Assembly: GCA_965277895.1 (NCBI GenBank) | Contig: CBDIDR010000001.1 | Span: 323,272-387,271 of the forward strand | Reading direction: 5' to 3' | DNA from: Flavobacteriales bacterium | GTDB taxonomy: Bacteria; Bacteroidota; Bacteroidia; Flavobacteriales; UBA7312 | DNA: 64,000 nt | In this document: piece by piece, positions 1 through 9,773 of the stretch | Layout of the letters: every line of letters begins with the position of its first letter | How positions within the stretch are numbered: position 1 is the stretch's first letter | Translations under genes and position numbers: made by a program | The notes under the pieces: generated by a model | Told to the model about the DNA's origin: nothing | Seen by the model: the letters and a program-made list of their open reading frames with translations, nothing else | Database searches by the model: none

Positions 1-935
1 TTTTTCAAGTTCATAAAGAGCAGAAAAAGGCCTTAGCTGAACCCCCATCACGCCTTCTGCTAAAAACACATCAAACGAAATTTCTTCACCATCTCTATCT
101 ACTAATACGGTTGCTGTATCACCCTTTAATGTTGGCGTGTATTGCATAACATCGCCCGCATAGCTCATATCTTTATTGTTAATTTTAGGATTTTGTCACC
201 CACCTCAGCACCAGCCGATTCCATTACTGATGTTTCTGAAAAACCATCAATGATGAAAGGAATATTTGGTGTAAATAGCTTTGTTTTTGCCAACACTTGA
301 CTTTTTACATCTTCGGTAAAAGGAACATCTACCATAATACCACCCCTTTTAACAGTTACCAGTTTAGCGTCATCTAATATTAGACGCTCAATAATCTCAG
401 GATGAAGGGCTCCGTTTTCACCAGCAAATCGCTCTACCACATTGTTGTCAATGGAGTAAATAATGTCTCCCTCTTGAAAACCAGCAGCTAATGCCAAGGA
501 GTCGCAATGAATACCATAGGTTGCCTTTTCACTTGGCAGATACTTTTCTCCCCAAATAACCAAGCTAAAGGAGTATATAACAAAAGCCAAAATGACATTT
601 ACAGTAACACCGCCAAGCATAATGATAAGTCGTTGCCAAGCAGGTTTTGAGCGAAATTCCCAAGGTTGAGGCTCTTTCTTCATTTGATCAGTATCCATAG
701 ACTCATCAATCATTCCAGATATTTTCACATAACCCCCAAGAGGAAGCCAACCGACACCATATTCAGTATCGCCCACTTTCTTTTTGAACAATGAAAACCA
801 TGGGTCAAAGAAAAGGTAAAACTTTTCTACTCGTGTTTTAAATAGTTTTGCGGGGATATAGTGACCCAACTCATGTAAAACAACAAGGATCGATAAACTT
901 AAAAGAAGTTGACCTGCTTTTACTAGTATTTCCAT
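1..935 (-). CDS. rseP: RIP (site-2) zinc metalloprotease RseP; 3' end runs off the window and the frame is broken near 183-186
   Basis: ORF 165..935 has the HELGH zinc motif in an N-terminal TM helix and PDZ-like segments (GDIIYSIDN, GDKILK). The protein continues in the adjacent frame on 1..168 (NNKDMSYAGDVMQYTPTLKGDTATVLVDRDGEEISF...). The position next to dxr is typical. Confidence 0.85.
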
Positions 936-2096
936 TTATTTGATTAATTCATTAGCTAACATTCGACTTTGCTCATTTGTCGACACAAAATCATCGTACG
1001 TAGGAGCGGCCACAAAAGTACTCTTTTCCATACAATTCTCAATGACATCTGACATTTCTAAAAACCCAATTTTATCTTTTAAGAAGGCGCCAACAACAAC
1101 TTCGTTGGCAGCGTTTAAAACACAAGCCATATTTCCGCCTTTTGACATGGCTTTATAGGCTAAAGAGAGGTTTCTAAAGGTTTCAACATCAGGCTTTTCA
1201 AAAGTTAAACTGGGGTAGTCCATGAAATCGAAACGAGGGAAGTTTGATTTTATTCTTTGCGGGTAGCCAAGAGCATATTGAATAGGCAGCTTCATGTCTG
1301 GCAAGCCCATTTGTGCCTTCATAGAGCCGTCTTCAAATTGTACAATTGAGTGAATAATAGATTGTGGGTGAACAATAACATCAATTTGTTCTTCCTTTAA
1401 GCCAAACAGCCATTTTGCTTCAATGACTTCAAGCCCTTTATTCATTAAACTGGCAGAGTCAATGGTTATTTTTGCTCCCATTTCCCAGTTCGGATGCTTT
1501 AAGGCTTGTTGCTTACTTACACTAATGAGTTTATCTTTTTTCCATCCCCTAAAAGGACCGCCTGATGCGGTGAGGTATATTTTTTCAATAGGGTTATGAA
1601 ACTCACCCACTAAACATTGAAAAATAGCAGAATGCTCAGAGTCCACCGGATAAATATTTACTCCATTTTCTTTGGCAAGAGCTGTTATTAAAGAGCCCGC
1701 AACAACTAAAGTTTCTTTGTTGGCTAAAGCAATATTCTTTTTAGCTTTTATAGCGCTTATGGTTGGTTTCAAGCCAGAATAACCCACTAATGCTGTAAGA
1801 ACAACATCAATAGTGTCCATTTCAACAACTTGAGATAAGGATTCTACACCGGCATAAACCTTTATGTCTGATGAGCCTAAAGCATCCTTAACCTCATCAT
1901 ATTTATTTTCATTGGCAATTACTACCGCATTTGGCTTGTATTTTAAAGCCTGTTGGACGAGTAGCTCACTGTTGGAATTAGCAGTAAGAACTTCAACCTC
2001 AAACAAATCTTGGTTAGCCTCGATTACATCTAGTGCTTGAGTTCCAATCGAGCCGGTAGAGCCTAAGATTGCAACATGTTTTTTTGTTTTATCCAT
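936..2096 (-). CDS. dxr: 1-deoxy-D-xylulose 5-phosphate reductoisomerase
   Basis: 386 aa. N-terminal NADPH motif ILGSTGSIGTQALDV, and SEHSAIFQC and HPNW(E)MG motifs typical of Dxr. Confidence 0.95.
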   Translation of the reverse strand: MDKTKKHVAILGSTGSIGTQALDVIEANQDLFEVEVLTANSNSELLVQQALKYKPNAVVIANENKYDEVKDALGSSDIKVYAGVESLSQVVEMDTIDVVLTALVGYSGLKPTISAIKAKKNIALANKETLVVAGSLITALAKENGVNIYPVDSEHSAIFQCLVGEFHNPIEKIYLTASGGPFRGWKKDKLISVSKQQALKHPNWEMGAKITIDSASLMNKGLEVIEAKWLFGLKEEQIDVIVHPQSIIHSIVQFEDGSMKAQMGLPDMKLPIQYALGYPQRIKSNFPRFDFMDYPSLTFEKPDVETFRNLSLAYKAMSKGGNMACVLNAANEVVVGAFLKDKIGFLEMSDVIENCMEKSTFVAAPTYDDFVSTNEQSRMLANELIK

Positions 2097-3588
2097 TTTT
2101 AAAAGTGGTTAAGCCGTCTGCAAGTTTACGATTATTTGACAAACGAGGGGGCTTGTTTTGACCACCCAATTTACCAATAGACTTCATATAGTTGTAAAAT
2201 CCACCATCACTTACTTTGTTTATGAGTAAAGGCCTCAAGACATTACCGCGTATTAAGTCGTCATAGTAGCTGTTTTGTGAGCACATAAAACCATCAAGAG
2301 TTTTACGGAAACCCTCCATGTCTTTAGGCTCCGACTTAAACTCTATAAACCACTCATGATAAGGCAAGCCTTCTGCGGGATTTACTTGAGGGGCAACATG
2401 AAATTCATTTATTATTGTTTCTGGGAATAACTCTAATGTTTGCTGAACAGCTTTTTCAACTTCTTTACCAATAACATGTTCGCCAAAAGCTGAGGTGAAG
2501 TGTTTGATGCGTCCACTAACGACAATTCTATATGGTTTTAGTGACACAAACCGTATTGTATCACCAATATTATATCCCCAAAGTCCAGCGTTAGTATTTA
2601 AGATGACAACATAATCTTTTTCAAGCTCAACATCTTTAAGAGTTATTCGTTTTCTATTGTCTTCAAAAAATTGACTTGCCTCGATAAATTCAAAAAAGAT
2701 TCCGTGGTTAACACATAAAAGCAAACCCTCTTCTTTTTGACTATCTTGATAAGCGATAAACCCTTCAGAGGATGGGTATGTTTCAACACTCGGCAACTGT
2801 TTATCAACCAGCTCTAAGAATTTACTTTTGTAGGGTTCGAAATTAACGCCACCAAACACAAATAAAGAAAACTTAGGAAAGACTTCAGAAATAGTCTTTC
2901 CGGTTTTTTTGTGAATCCTTTCGAAATACATTTGAACCCAGGGTGGAATACCACTAATCAAACTCATAGGCTGTTCAATAGTCTCATCTACAATGGCATC
3001 TATTTTTTTCTCCCAATCGTCAATACAGTTGGTTTTAAAGGAAGGAAGGTTGTTGAGCTTCAAATACCAAGGCATGTGATGTGCTACAATTCCAGACAAC
3101 CTTCCAGTTGGAATACCTTTGATATAATCTAAGTGCGGACTGCCCTGAATAAATATCGTTTTACCCTCTAAAAAGGAGGTGTCTTTAGTCTCGCTTATGT
3201 AGCTCAATAAAGCCTCTCTTGCCCCCTTTAAGTGATAAGGCATAGAAGACTTAGAAATAGGAATATATTTTGTCCCAGAGGTTGTCCCAGAGGTTTTTGT
3301 AAAATACAAGGGCCTACCTCTCCACAACACGTCTTTTTCTCCCTCAAGTACCCTGTTTATATATGGTTTTAGCGCCTCGTAATCTCTTATTGGCACATTA
3401 TTTTTAAAGTCTTCATAAGAGGTTATTTTTTTAAAAGAATGGTCGTTACCAAATCGAGTGTTTTTAGCGGAACTTAATAGCTCCCCAAGGATTTTTTCTT
3501 GATGATTTATGGGGTTTTCAACCCATTTCTTATTCCTTTTACGAACCCAATTTGCATAAGGAAGACTTAAAAAAGAAAGTAAACTCAT
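2089..3588 (-). CDS. GH3 (auxin-responsive promoter) family adenylate-forming protein
   Basis: 499 aa. The SGTTSGTKYIP motif and overall length and organisation match the bacterial GH3 family common in Bacteroidota. 8-nt overlap with the dxr start. Confidence 0.75.
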   Translation of the reverse strand: MSLLSFLSLPYANWVRKRNKKWVENPINHQEKILGELLSSAKNTRFGNDHSFKKITSYEDFKNNVPIRDYEALKPYINRVLEGEKDVLWRGRPLYFTKTSGTTSGTKYIPISKSSMPYHLKGAREALLSYISETKDTSFLEGKTIFIQGSPHLDYIKGIPTGRLSGIVAHHMPWYLKLNNLPSFKTNCIDDWEKKIDAIVDETIEQPMSLISGIPPWVQMYFERIHKKTGKTISEVFPKFSLFVFGGVNFEPYKSKFLELVDKQLPSVETYPSSEGFIAYQDSQKEEGLLLCVNHGIFFEFIEASQFFEDNRKRITLKDVELEKDYVVILNTNAGLWGYNIGDTIRFVSLKPYRIVVSGRIKHFTSAFGEHVIGKEVEKAVQQTLELFPETIINEFHVAPQVNPAEGLPYHEWFIEFKSEPKDMEGFRKTLDGFMCSQNSYYDDLIRGNVLRPLLINKVSDGGFYNYMKSIGKLGGQNKPPRLSNNRKLADGLTTFKNG

Positions 3589-3592
3589 AAAA

Positions 3593-4459
3593 TTAAAAAA
3601 GGATGTAGTTTTCAGGGTTTACCGCCTGATTGTTGTGCCAAAGTTCAAAGTGAAGATGAGGACCGCTTGACCATTTACCCGAGTTTCCAATGATGGCTAT
3701 TGACTCACCAACCTCAACACTTTCCCCTTGTTGTTTTAATAATGCTGAATTGTGTTTGTAAATAGAAATGAAATTATTAGCGTGCTGAATAGCAATGACG
3801 TTTCCGGTCTCAGAAGTCCAAGATGAAAAAACAACCATTCCGCTTAAAGTGCTTTTTATTAACTCATTTTCTTTAGAAACCACGTCAACTCCGTAGTGCT
3901 CTTCATCTGCGTTAAAAGATTGTGTTACTAAGCCGTCAACAGGTTTAAAAAACAAAAGCTTTTCTATTGATGAATTTTCCGAATTTTCTGAGCTAAAAAA
4001 GTTAAACCGGTCCTCAGACTCAATACGTTCTCTCAACATAGAGTCTTCATACACACGCTCTACCGCACCATCGTTCTGAACACTTGTTTTTTCTGGAAGG
4101 TAGAAATCAGTTGTGTCAACAGGCACACCCTCAATTATATTTCTAATATTTTGCAAGTAACGCTCCCTACTATCTAGTTTTATTTTCAAGGAATCTGAAA
4201 GCTGATTAAGATTTACCATTTGACGCCTAATATTAGTACTGGTATATCCGGGAATATACTCTCGTAAGGGACTAAATGCGATAATCAGGGTTGTGCCACC
4301 AATTAGCAAGGTTAAAGAAACACATGTCAATAGAAAAACATTTAACCTAGACATATTAAATGCTAAACGCTCCTCAAAAGTTTCACTGTTTAAAACAACG
4401 AAACGATATTTAAAACGCCACCTTTTCCAAAACGATTGTTTTTTATTTCCGTCTGACAT
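3593..4459 (-). CDS. M23 family metallopeptidase (LytM domain), membrane anchored
   Basis: N-terminal TM helix. C-terminal HYGVD...GNSG...GPHLHFELW motifs of M23 peptidases. Confidence 0.85.
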   Translation of the reverse strand: MSDGNKKQSFWKRWRFKYRFVVLNSETFEERLAFNMSRLNVFLLTCVSLTLLIGGTTLIIAFSPLREYIPGYTSTNIRRQMVNLNQLSDSLKIKLDSRERYLQNIRNIIEGVPVDTTDFYLPEKTSVQNDGAVERVYEDSMLRERIESEDRFNFFSSENSENSSIEKLLFFKPVDGLVTQSFNADEEHYGVDVVSKENELIKSTLSGMVVFSSWTSETGNVIAIQHANNFISIYKHNSALLKQQGESVEVGESIAIIGNSGKWSSGPHLHFELWHNNQAVNPENYILF

Positions 4460-4525
4460 AATCGCTGCAAATATCCTAAAAATTTAACTTACACCACTTA
4501 AATACTATTATTCAGAAAATTAAAA

Positions 4526-4533
4526 TAATTTTG
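4526..4533 (+). promoter_or_regulatory. Bacteroidota -7 promoter box (TAATTTTG)
   Basis: Exact TAnnTTTG match 23 nt upstream of the ATG at 4556. Confidence 0.45.
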
Positions 4534-4555
4534 TCGATTGAAAGTTATTGCAATA

Positions 4556-7135
4556 ATGTATAACAAAGGTGTTAATTCTGGTCGTTTAGGTGTATTGGTG
4601 TTTTTACTTGTTCTTTTGGGCTCGTGCAAAACCACTAAAAACACCTTTCTCAATAGAAGTTTTCATAATACTACCACTAGATACAACTGGTATTTTAACG
4701 CTAATGAAAGTTATAAATCCGGGGTTAAAAAATTGCAAGACCAAAACAAAGACGACTTCAATCAGCTGCTAAGCGTATACCCATTGGGCACCAAAAAAGA
4801 AGCTCAAAGTATATCTCCACAGATGGATAAGGCATTAAAAAAGTGTGCCACAGCCATTAATAAGCACTCAATGTTAATCAAAGGAAAAGAACACAATCGA
4901 TGGATTGACAATTCCTATCTGCTTATCGGAAAATCCTATTTCTATAAGCAAGAATATATAAAAGCGGTTGAAGCCTTTCGCTTAGTGAGTCGTCAATTTA
5001 TTGGCGATATAACCTCTTACGAAGCCTTTATTTGGTTGATTAACACCTATGTTGAAATGAATGATTTCAGCTCGGCAGATTTGGTTATTGAAAATGTTTT
5101 AATGGATGAGACTTTCCCCCATGACCTTAACCAACAACTATCATTAGCTTTAGCCAATTACCATATTGCTATTGAAGACTATGACCTTGCTATTGAAGAG
5201 TTGAATGCTGCTGTTTCTTTAACAAAAAAGAAAAGAGAAAAGTCAAGATATTTATACATTTTAGCTCAATTGTACTCTATGCAAGACAATTTTGCTTTGG
5301 CAACCGACTATTTTACCAAAGTTATTCGCACTAGCCCCGACTATGAAATGGTCTTTAACGCAAAAATAAATAGAGCGCGTTCCTTCGACACGTCCACAGG
5401 AGGTTCGGATGTCATTATTGCTGAGCTTCAAAAAATGCTTAAGGATGACAAAAACAAAGAGTTTTTAGATGTTATTTATTTTGGGTTGGCAGAGCTTAGC
5501 AATCGACAAAACAAAATCAACGAAGCCATTCCACTTTACGAGCTGTCAGTTTCTACAAGCGTGAAAAATGATGCTCAAAAAGCCCTTTCTAGTGTAATCT
5601 TAGCAGATATTTATTATGACAAACAAAGCTACCGTCCTGCCCAAGCGTATTACGATACCGCTGTAGCTTTTATGAATTCACAAAACCAAAGGTTCAAAAA
5701 CGCACAACAAAAACAACTTACACTGACCGAGCTTATTTCAAATCTTGATATCATAGAAAATCAAGATAGTCTGCAGCGTATCGCCCTTATGCCTGAAAAA
5801 GAGAGAACAGCCTTTATTGATGATTTAATTAGAAAAATCGAAGAGGAGGAGCGTCTACAGAAAGAGATGGAAAACCAAAGACGCTCTGAAAATAATTTTT
5901 TCACAGATCGTACACAATCTCAAAATAAGTTTAACCTTAATCAAAACAGAGGCGGCGGATGGTATTTTGACAATCCAAATACATTAAGTTTTGGCTTTTC
6001 TGAATTCAAAAGAAAATGGGGAAAAAGAAAGTTAGAAGACAATTGGAGGCGCTCAAACAAGAAAACTCTTAGCGTAGAAGAGGCTCTAGCAGACACTATA
6101 GACGCAGATGTTTTTGACCCCAAAAACAGAGATTCATACATGAAAAACCTTCCACTTACCATAGACGCTATAAAAGCTTCAAACAATATGATTGTTGAGG
6201 CGTATTTTGACGCTGGAGTTATTTACAAAGAACAGCTTGAAGATGTCCCTCAAGCCATTAAAACCTTTGAAAGACTAAACGATAGATTTCCTTTTAGTGA
6301 AAACAGGGTGATGGTATTGTATTTTTTACACCGTTTACATGATGAAAAAGGCAATATTGATTTTGCTGACGACTATAAAGACAAGCTTATTAAAGAATTT
6401 CCAAATAGCGATTACGCAAAGCTAGTCATGGACCCTTCGTATATGGAAGAATTATCGGAAGCAAACTCTAGCCTTCAGTCTCAATATGAACAAGCGTTTA
6501 CACTATACAACCGCTCAAAATATAAAGAGTGTGCAGCAATTTGTAAACGAGTAAACACTAAGAACCCAAACAACCTACTCTATCCAAATTTTGATTTTTT
6601 GAACACTCAAGCAAATGCTTATAAGTCTAATAAAAACACCTACATGGCGAATTTGGAACAAATCATCCAAAAGTATCCAAAACACAGTGTTGCAGAGTCT
6701 GCAAAACAAATTTTATCTTTACTCAAAATGGAAGCTGATTCAGAAGAAGCCTCATCTTTTGGGGGAGACAGCCCATATGTTGTAAAGCCAGATGCGGCCC
6801 ACTACTTCATTTTGCTTTTCAACGACTACGACCTTGAGTTAAGTATTGCTAAATCTACACTTTCGGACTACCACTCAGAGTATTACAGACTAGCCCGATT
6901 AAACATCAGCAGTTTATTGTTTAAAGAACACACACATCTTATAACAATTAGAGAGTTTAGTAATCAGGCTAAAGCAATGGAATATTATCAAGCCTTTCAA
7001 AGCGGAGATGTTCGCGGGGTCTTTGGGAGTGATTATACCGCATTTGTTATAGCAGGACCTAATTTCCCCTATTTCTTCAAGAATAAAGATGTAGAGGGGT
7101 ATAATAAAATGTTCAAGGAAAATTATAAAAATTAA
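4556..7135 (+). CDS. sprE: TPR-repeat lipoprotein, SprE/PorW-like T9SS/gliding component
   Basis: Lipoprotein signal (LLGSC). The motif FLNRSFHNTTTRYNWYFNA just after the lipobox resembles the conserved N-terminus of SprE/PorW. About 860 aa with TPR-like helical repeats. The ATG at 4556 is preferred over the TTG at 4538 given the promoter box. Confidence 0.6.
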   Translation: MYNKGVNSGRLGVLVFLLVLLGSCKTTKNTFLNRSFHNTTTRYNWYFNANESYKSGVKKLQDQNKDDFNQLLSVYPLGTKKEAQSISPQMDKALKKCATAINKHSMLIKGKEHNRWIDNSYLLIGKSYFYKQEYIKAVEAFRLVSRQFIGDITSYEAFIWLINTYVEMNDFSSADLVIENVLMDETFPHDLNQQLSLALANYHIAIEDYDLAIEELNAAVSLTKKKREKSRYLYILAQLYSMQDNFALATDYFTKVIRTSPDYEMVFNAKINRARSFDTSTGGSDVIIAELQKMLKDDKNKEFLDVIYFGLAELSNRQNKINEAIPLYELSVSTSVKNDAQKALSSVILADIYYDKQSYRPAQAYYDTAVAFMNSQNQRFKNAQQKQLTLTELISNLDIIENQDSLQRIALMPEKERTAFIDDLIRKIEEEERLQKEMENQRRSENNFFTDRTQSQNKFNLNQNRGGGWYFDNPNTLSFGFSEFKRKWGKRKLEDNWRRSNKKTLSVEEALADTIDADVFDPKNRDSYMKNLPLTIDAIKASNNMIVEAYFDAGVIYKEQLEDVPQAIKTFERLNDRFPFSENRVMVLYFLHRLHDEKGNIDFADDYKDKLIKEFPNSDYAKLVMDPSYMEELSEANSSLQSQYEQAFTLYNRSKYKECAAICKRVNTKNPNNLLYPNFDFLNTQANAYKSNKNTYMANLEQIIQKYPKHSVAESAKQILSLLKMEADSEEASSFGGDSPYVVKPDAAHYFILLFNDYDLELSIAKSTLSDYHSEYYRLARLNISSLLFKEHTHLITIREFSNQAKAMEYYQAFQSGDVRGVFGSDYTAFVIAGPNFPYFFKNKDVEGYNKMFKENYKN

Positions 7136-7151
7136 TCCAGATTAGTTTTTA

Positions 7152-7159
7152 TATATTTG
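7152..7159 (+). promoter_or_regulatory. Bacteroidota -7 promoter box (TATATTTG)
   Basis: Exact TAnnTTTG match 22 nt upstream of the ATG at 7181. Confidence 0.4.
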
Positions 7160-7180
7160 TTGGACCAAAAACAAATTCAA

Positions 7181-7600
7181 ATGTTTTCAAATAATAAAGA
7201 CAAAACCATGGCAAAACAATTAGACAACACAGGAGTAGTTAACTTAATCGGAGTTGGAACAACTATTGACGGAGAAGTAACATCTTCTGGCGACATTAGA
7301 GTTGACGGTAGATTATCAGGCTCAATTAACACTAAAGGAAAGGTGGTTATAGGTTCAACAGGTATTGTAGAGGGCAATGTTAACGCATCAAATGCGGACA
7401 TTTCTGGTGAGCTAAAAGGAGCTATCTCTGTTGCCGAATTGTTATCTCTTAAATCAACAGCTAAATTGGATGGTGATATTGTGACTAACAAATTAGCCAT
7501 AGAGCCAGGAGCAGCCTTCACGGGTTCTTGTAGCATGGGTGCAGTTATAAAAGATATTAGCCATGCCGGAAAACAAGAAAAACAAGAGAAAACAGCCTAA
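7181..7600 (+). CDS. bactofilin family cytoskeletal protein
   Basis: Beta-helical repeat signature (IDGEVTSSGDIRVDGRLSGSINTKGKVVIGSTGIVEGNVNASNADISGELKG) typical of bactofilins. The start is moved to the ATG downstream of the promoter box. Confidence 0.85.
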   Translation: MFSNNKDKTMAKQLDNTGVVNLIGVGTTIDGEVTSSGDIRVDGRLSGSINTKGKVVIGSTGIVEGNVNASNADISGELKGAISVAELLSLKSTAKLDGDIVTNKLAIEPGAAFTGSCSMGAVIKDISHAGKQEKQEKTA

Positions 7601-7799
7601 CCGACTACTTACTCTTACAATGGTTGCAACCCAAATGGGTGTCACCATTTTTTTAGGAGCCTCACTCGGCAAATATTTAGACGAAAGGTATTCTACACCA
7701 AAGCCGTGGTTTACCATATCTCTAACCTTATTTTCTTTATTGATTTCATTATATTCAGTACTCAAGCAGGTCAACAGATTAAACGATGACAAGCATTAA
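7563..7799 (+). CDS. AtpZ/AtpI family small membrane protein
   Basis: 78 aa with a basic N-terminus and two TM helices (MGVTIFLGASLGKYLDERY). Lies immediately upstream of the atp operon and overlaps the bactofilin 3' end by 38 nt. Confidence 0.6.
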   Translation: MPENKKNKRKQPNRLLTLTMVATQMGVTIFLGASLGKYLDERYSTPKPWFTISLTLFSLLISLYSVLKQVNRLNDDKH

Positions 7800-8181
7800 G
7801 TTTATTCTCAACTTTAGTTGGAGGTTGGTGTTGGCGCTTGCTGTTACATTTACACTACAAGTTCTTTTATACCACCAATTGGGTTTTGATTTATATTTTG
7901 AAGCACTTCTGTTTTCAAACATCTTCAATTTTTTCATGGCTTTGCTAGCTGTCATTTTGATATACAAGCTACGCTATACTCACACTCAAAGTTTAGGCTA
8001 TATATTTTTGCTTTCTACCCTATTTAAGTTTCTAGGGTTTTACTTATTCCTTTCGCCGATATTGAATGAATTTTATTCAGAAGCTAATCGCGTCAGCGGT
8101 TTTATGTTGTTTTTCACCTCATATGTAACGGCTTTAATAGTCGAAATTCGATGTTTAATAAAGCTTTTAAATGAGCTTTAA
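7786..8181 (+). CDS. hypothetical 4-TM membrane protein preceding atpB
   Basis: 131 aa and strongly hydrophobic. 14-nt overlap with the AtpZ-like ORF. Occupies the atpI-like position. No recognisable motif. Confidence 0.5.
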   Translation: MTSIKFILNFSWRLVLALAVTFTLQVLLYHQLGFDLYFEALLFSNIFNFFMALLAVILIYKLRYTHTQSLGYIFLLSTLFKFLGFYLFLSPILNEFYSEANRVSGFMLFFTSYVTALIVEIRCLIKLLNEL

Positions 8182-8255
8182 ACCTGAGAAATCACCCCTC
8201 AAAAAAAAGACGAAAATTATTTCCCAATTTTATTTTTAGAATAAACATTAATATT

Positions 8256-8263
8256 TAGTTTTG
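8256..8263 (+). promoter_or_regulatory. Bacteroidota -7 promoter box (TAGTTTTG)
   Basis: Exact TAnnTTTG match 35 nt upstream of the atpB ATG at 8298. Confidence 0.4.
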
Positions 8264-8297
8264 CAGCGAACTCTTTAACAGCAATTTGTTGCCCGCA

Positions 8298-9464
8298 ATG
8301 AGAAGAAAATTAAGTTTATTAGCCTTACTGGTTGCACTATTAATTGGAAGTGTAGCGTCTGCTCACGACAACCACTCTCATGAAGCAGGTCACTCTGAGG
8401 CTCACTCCAAAAAAGACACCCCTGAAAAAGTTAAAAGCTTTATTAAGCACCACTTAAAAGACGCCCATTATTTTGAGCTCTTTCACGGAGCTAAAATGCC
8501 CTTACCAATTATCATTTGGGATGAAGGGTTTAAGGTGTTTTCATCTGGTGACTTTAAGAAGGTAGAAGTTAAAGAAGTTCGTGCTGCCGATTCAACAATT
8601 ACCTTTCAAAAACTTGGAATCAACGATACTGTTGCTAAAGACGCCAAAGACTACCTGTATGAATCCCAAACCTCAGGATATTCTATTTTTCACGGCAAAA
8701 TTATAGCGGCTAAGCATGCCGACATTCAACTCAAGCTTAACAAAGAAGGCAAGAAAAAGTTAGTCAGTCATTCAGCATTACTTGATTTTTCTATCACAAA
8801 AACAGTCTTAATGACCTTTATAATTTGTGTGTTGCTATTCTTGGCATTTAGAGGCCTGTCAAGCTCATACAGAAAGGGACCAATCCCAAGTGGTTTTGGT
8901 AGATTACTAGAGCCTTTGGTTTTATTCATTAGAGACGACATTGCTATTCCTAACATTGGAGAAAAGCACTACAAAAAATACATGAGTTATTTACTAACTG
9001 TATTCTTCTTTATATGGTTTGTTAACCTAGCGGGAATGACTCCTCTAGGAATCAACATAACAGGTAATATAGCCATAACGCTTTCATTAGCACTGATTAC
9101 CTATCTGATTACACAATTTACAGCCAATAAAAACTATTGGGGACACATCTTTTGGATGCCAGGCGTTCCTGTTCCCATGAAGTTTGTTCTTATGCCAATA
9201 GAGCTTTTAGGAACTATTATTAAGCCTTTCTCACTTATGATTCGTTTGTATGCTAATATTACAGCGGGTCACGTGGTGTTGATGTCACTTATTGGCCTAG
9301 TATTTTTTGCTTCCAATCTATTTTCATTTGGAGCATTTTTTGGACTAACATTATTCTTAGGAGTAATTGAATTGCTTGTAGCGTTTCTGCAGGCTTATAT
9401 ATTTACGATGCTAACTGCTTTATATTTTGGAGCGGCAGTAGAAGAGCATCACGACGAACATTAA
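8298..9464 (+). CDS. atpB: F0F1 ATP synthase subunit a with long N-terminal extension
   Basis: C-terminal half has the subunit-a signature (LMIRLYANITAGH, essential Arg). The N-terminal extension is typical of Bacteroidota. The ATG at 8298 (MRRKLSLLALL...) is preferred over the TTG at 8286. Confidence 0.9.
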   Translation: MRRKLSLLALLVALLIGSVASAHDNHSHEAGHSEAHSKKDTPEKVKSFIKHHLKDAHYFELFHGAKMPLPIIIWDEGFKVFSSGDFKKVEVKEVRAADSTITFQKLGINDTVAKDAKDYLYESQTSGYSIFHGKIIAAKHADIQLKLNKEGKKKLVSHSALLDFSITKTVLMTFIICVLLFLAFRGLSSSYRKGPIPSGFGRLLEPLVLFIRDDIAIPNIGEKHYKKYMSYLLTVFFFIWFVNLAGMTPLGINITGNIAITLSLALITYLITQFTANKNYWGHIFWMPGVPVPMKFVLMPIELLGTIIKPFSLMIRLYANITAGHVVLMSLIGLVFFASNLFSFGAFFGLTLFLGVIELLVAFLQAYIFTMLTALYFGAAVEEHHDEH

Positions 9465-9500
9465 TGTATTAACTAATTATTAACTTTAAATCTTTTTATT

Positions 9501-9692
9501 ATGACTATTCCAAATATTGTAGGCGCAGGATTAATTGTAATCGGAGCAGGTTTAGGTATTGGTAAAATCGGTGGCTCTGCCATGGATGCTATTGCTAGAC
9601 AACCTGAAGCGACTTCAAAAATCCAAACAGCGATGATTATTGCTGCTGCACTTATTGAAGGTATTGGATTTGCTGCATTATTTGCTGCATAA
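9501..9692 (+). CDS. atpE: F0F1 ATP synthase subunit c
   Basis: 63 aa hairpin proteolipid with a GAGLGIGKIG loop and an ion-binding Glu (AALIEGIGF). Confidence 0.9.
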   Translation: MTIPNIVGAGLIVIGAGLGIGKIGGSAMDAIARQPEATSKIQTAMIIAAALIEGIGFAALFAA

Positions 9693-9703
9693 TTCATATA
9701 AAC

Positions 9704-9742
9704 AAATCAAAACTGTAAGGGTTGCTTACAGTTTTGATTTTT
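9704..9742 (+). terminator. strong hairpin (16-bp perfect stem) between atpE and atpF; attenuator or partial terminator
   Basis: aaatcaaaactgtaag (9704-9719) pairs perfectly with cttacagttttgattt (9725-9740). Loop ggttg, T-rich tail. Confidence 0.6.
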
Positions 9743-9773
9743 AGCATTTTAAAAAGAAAAATAAAGATATAAT

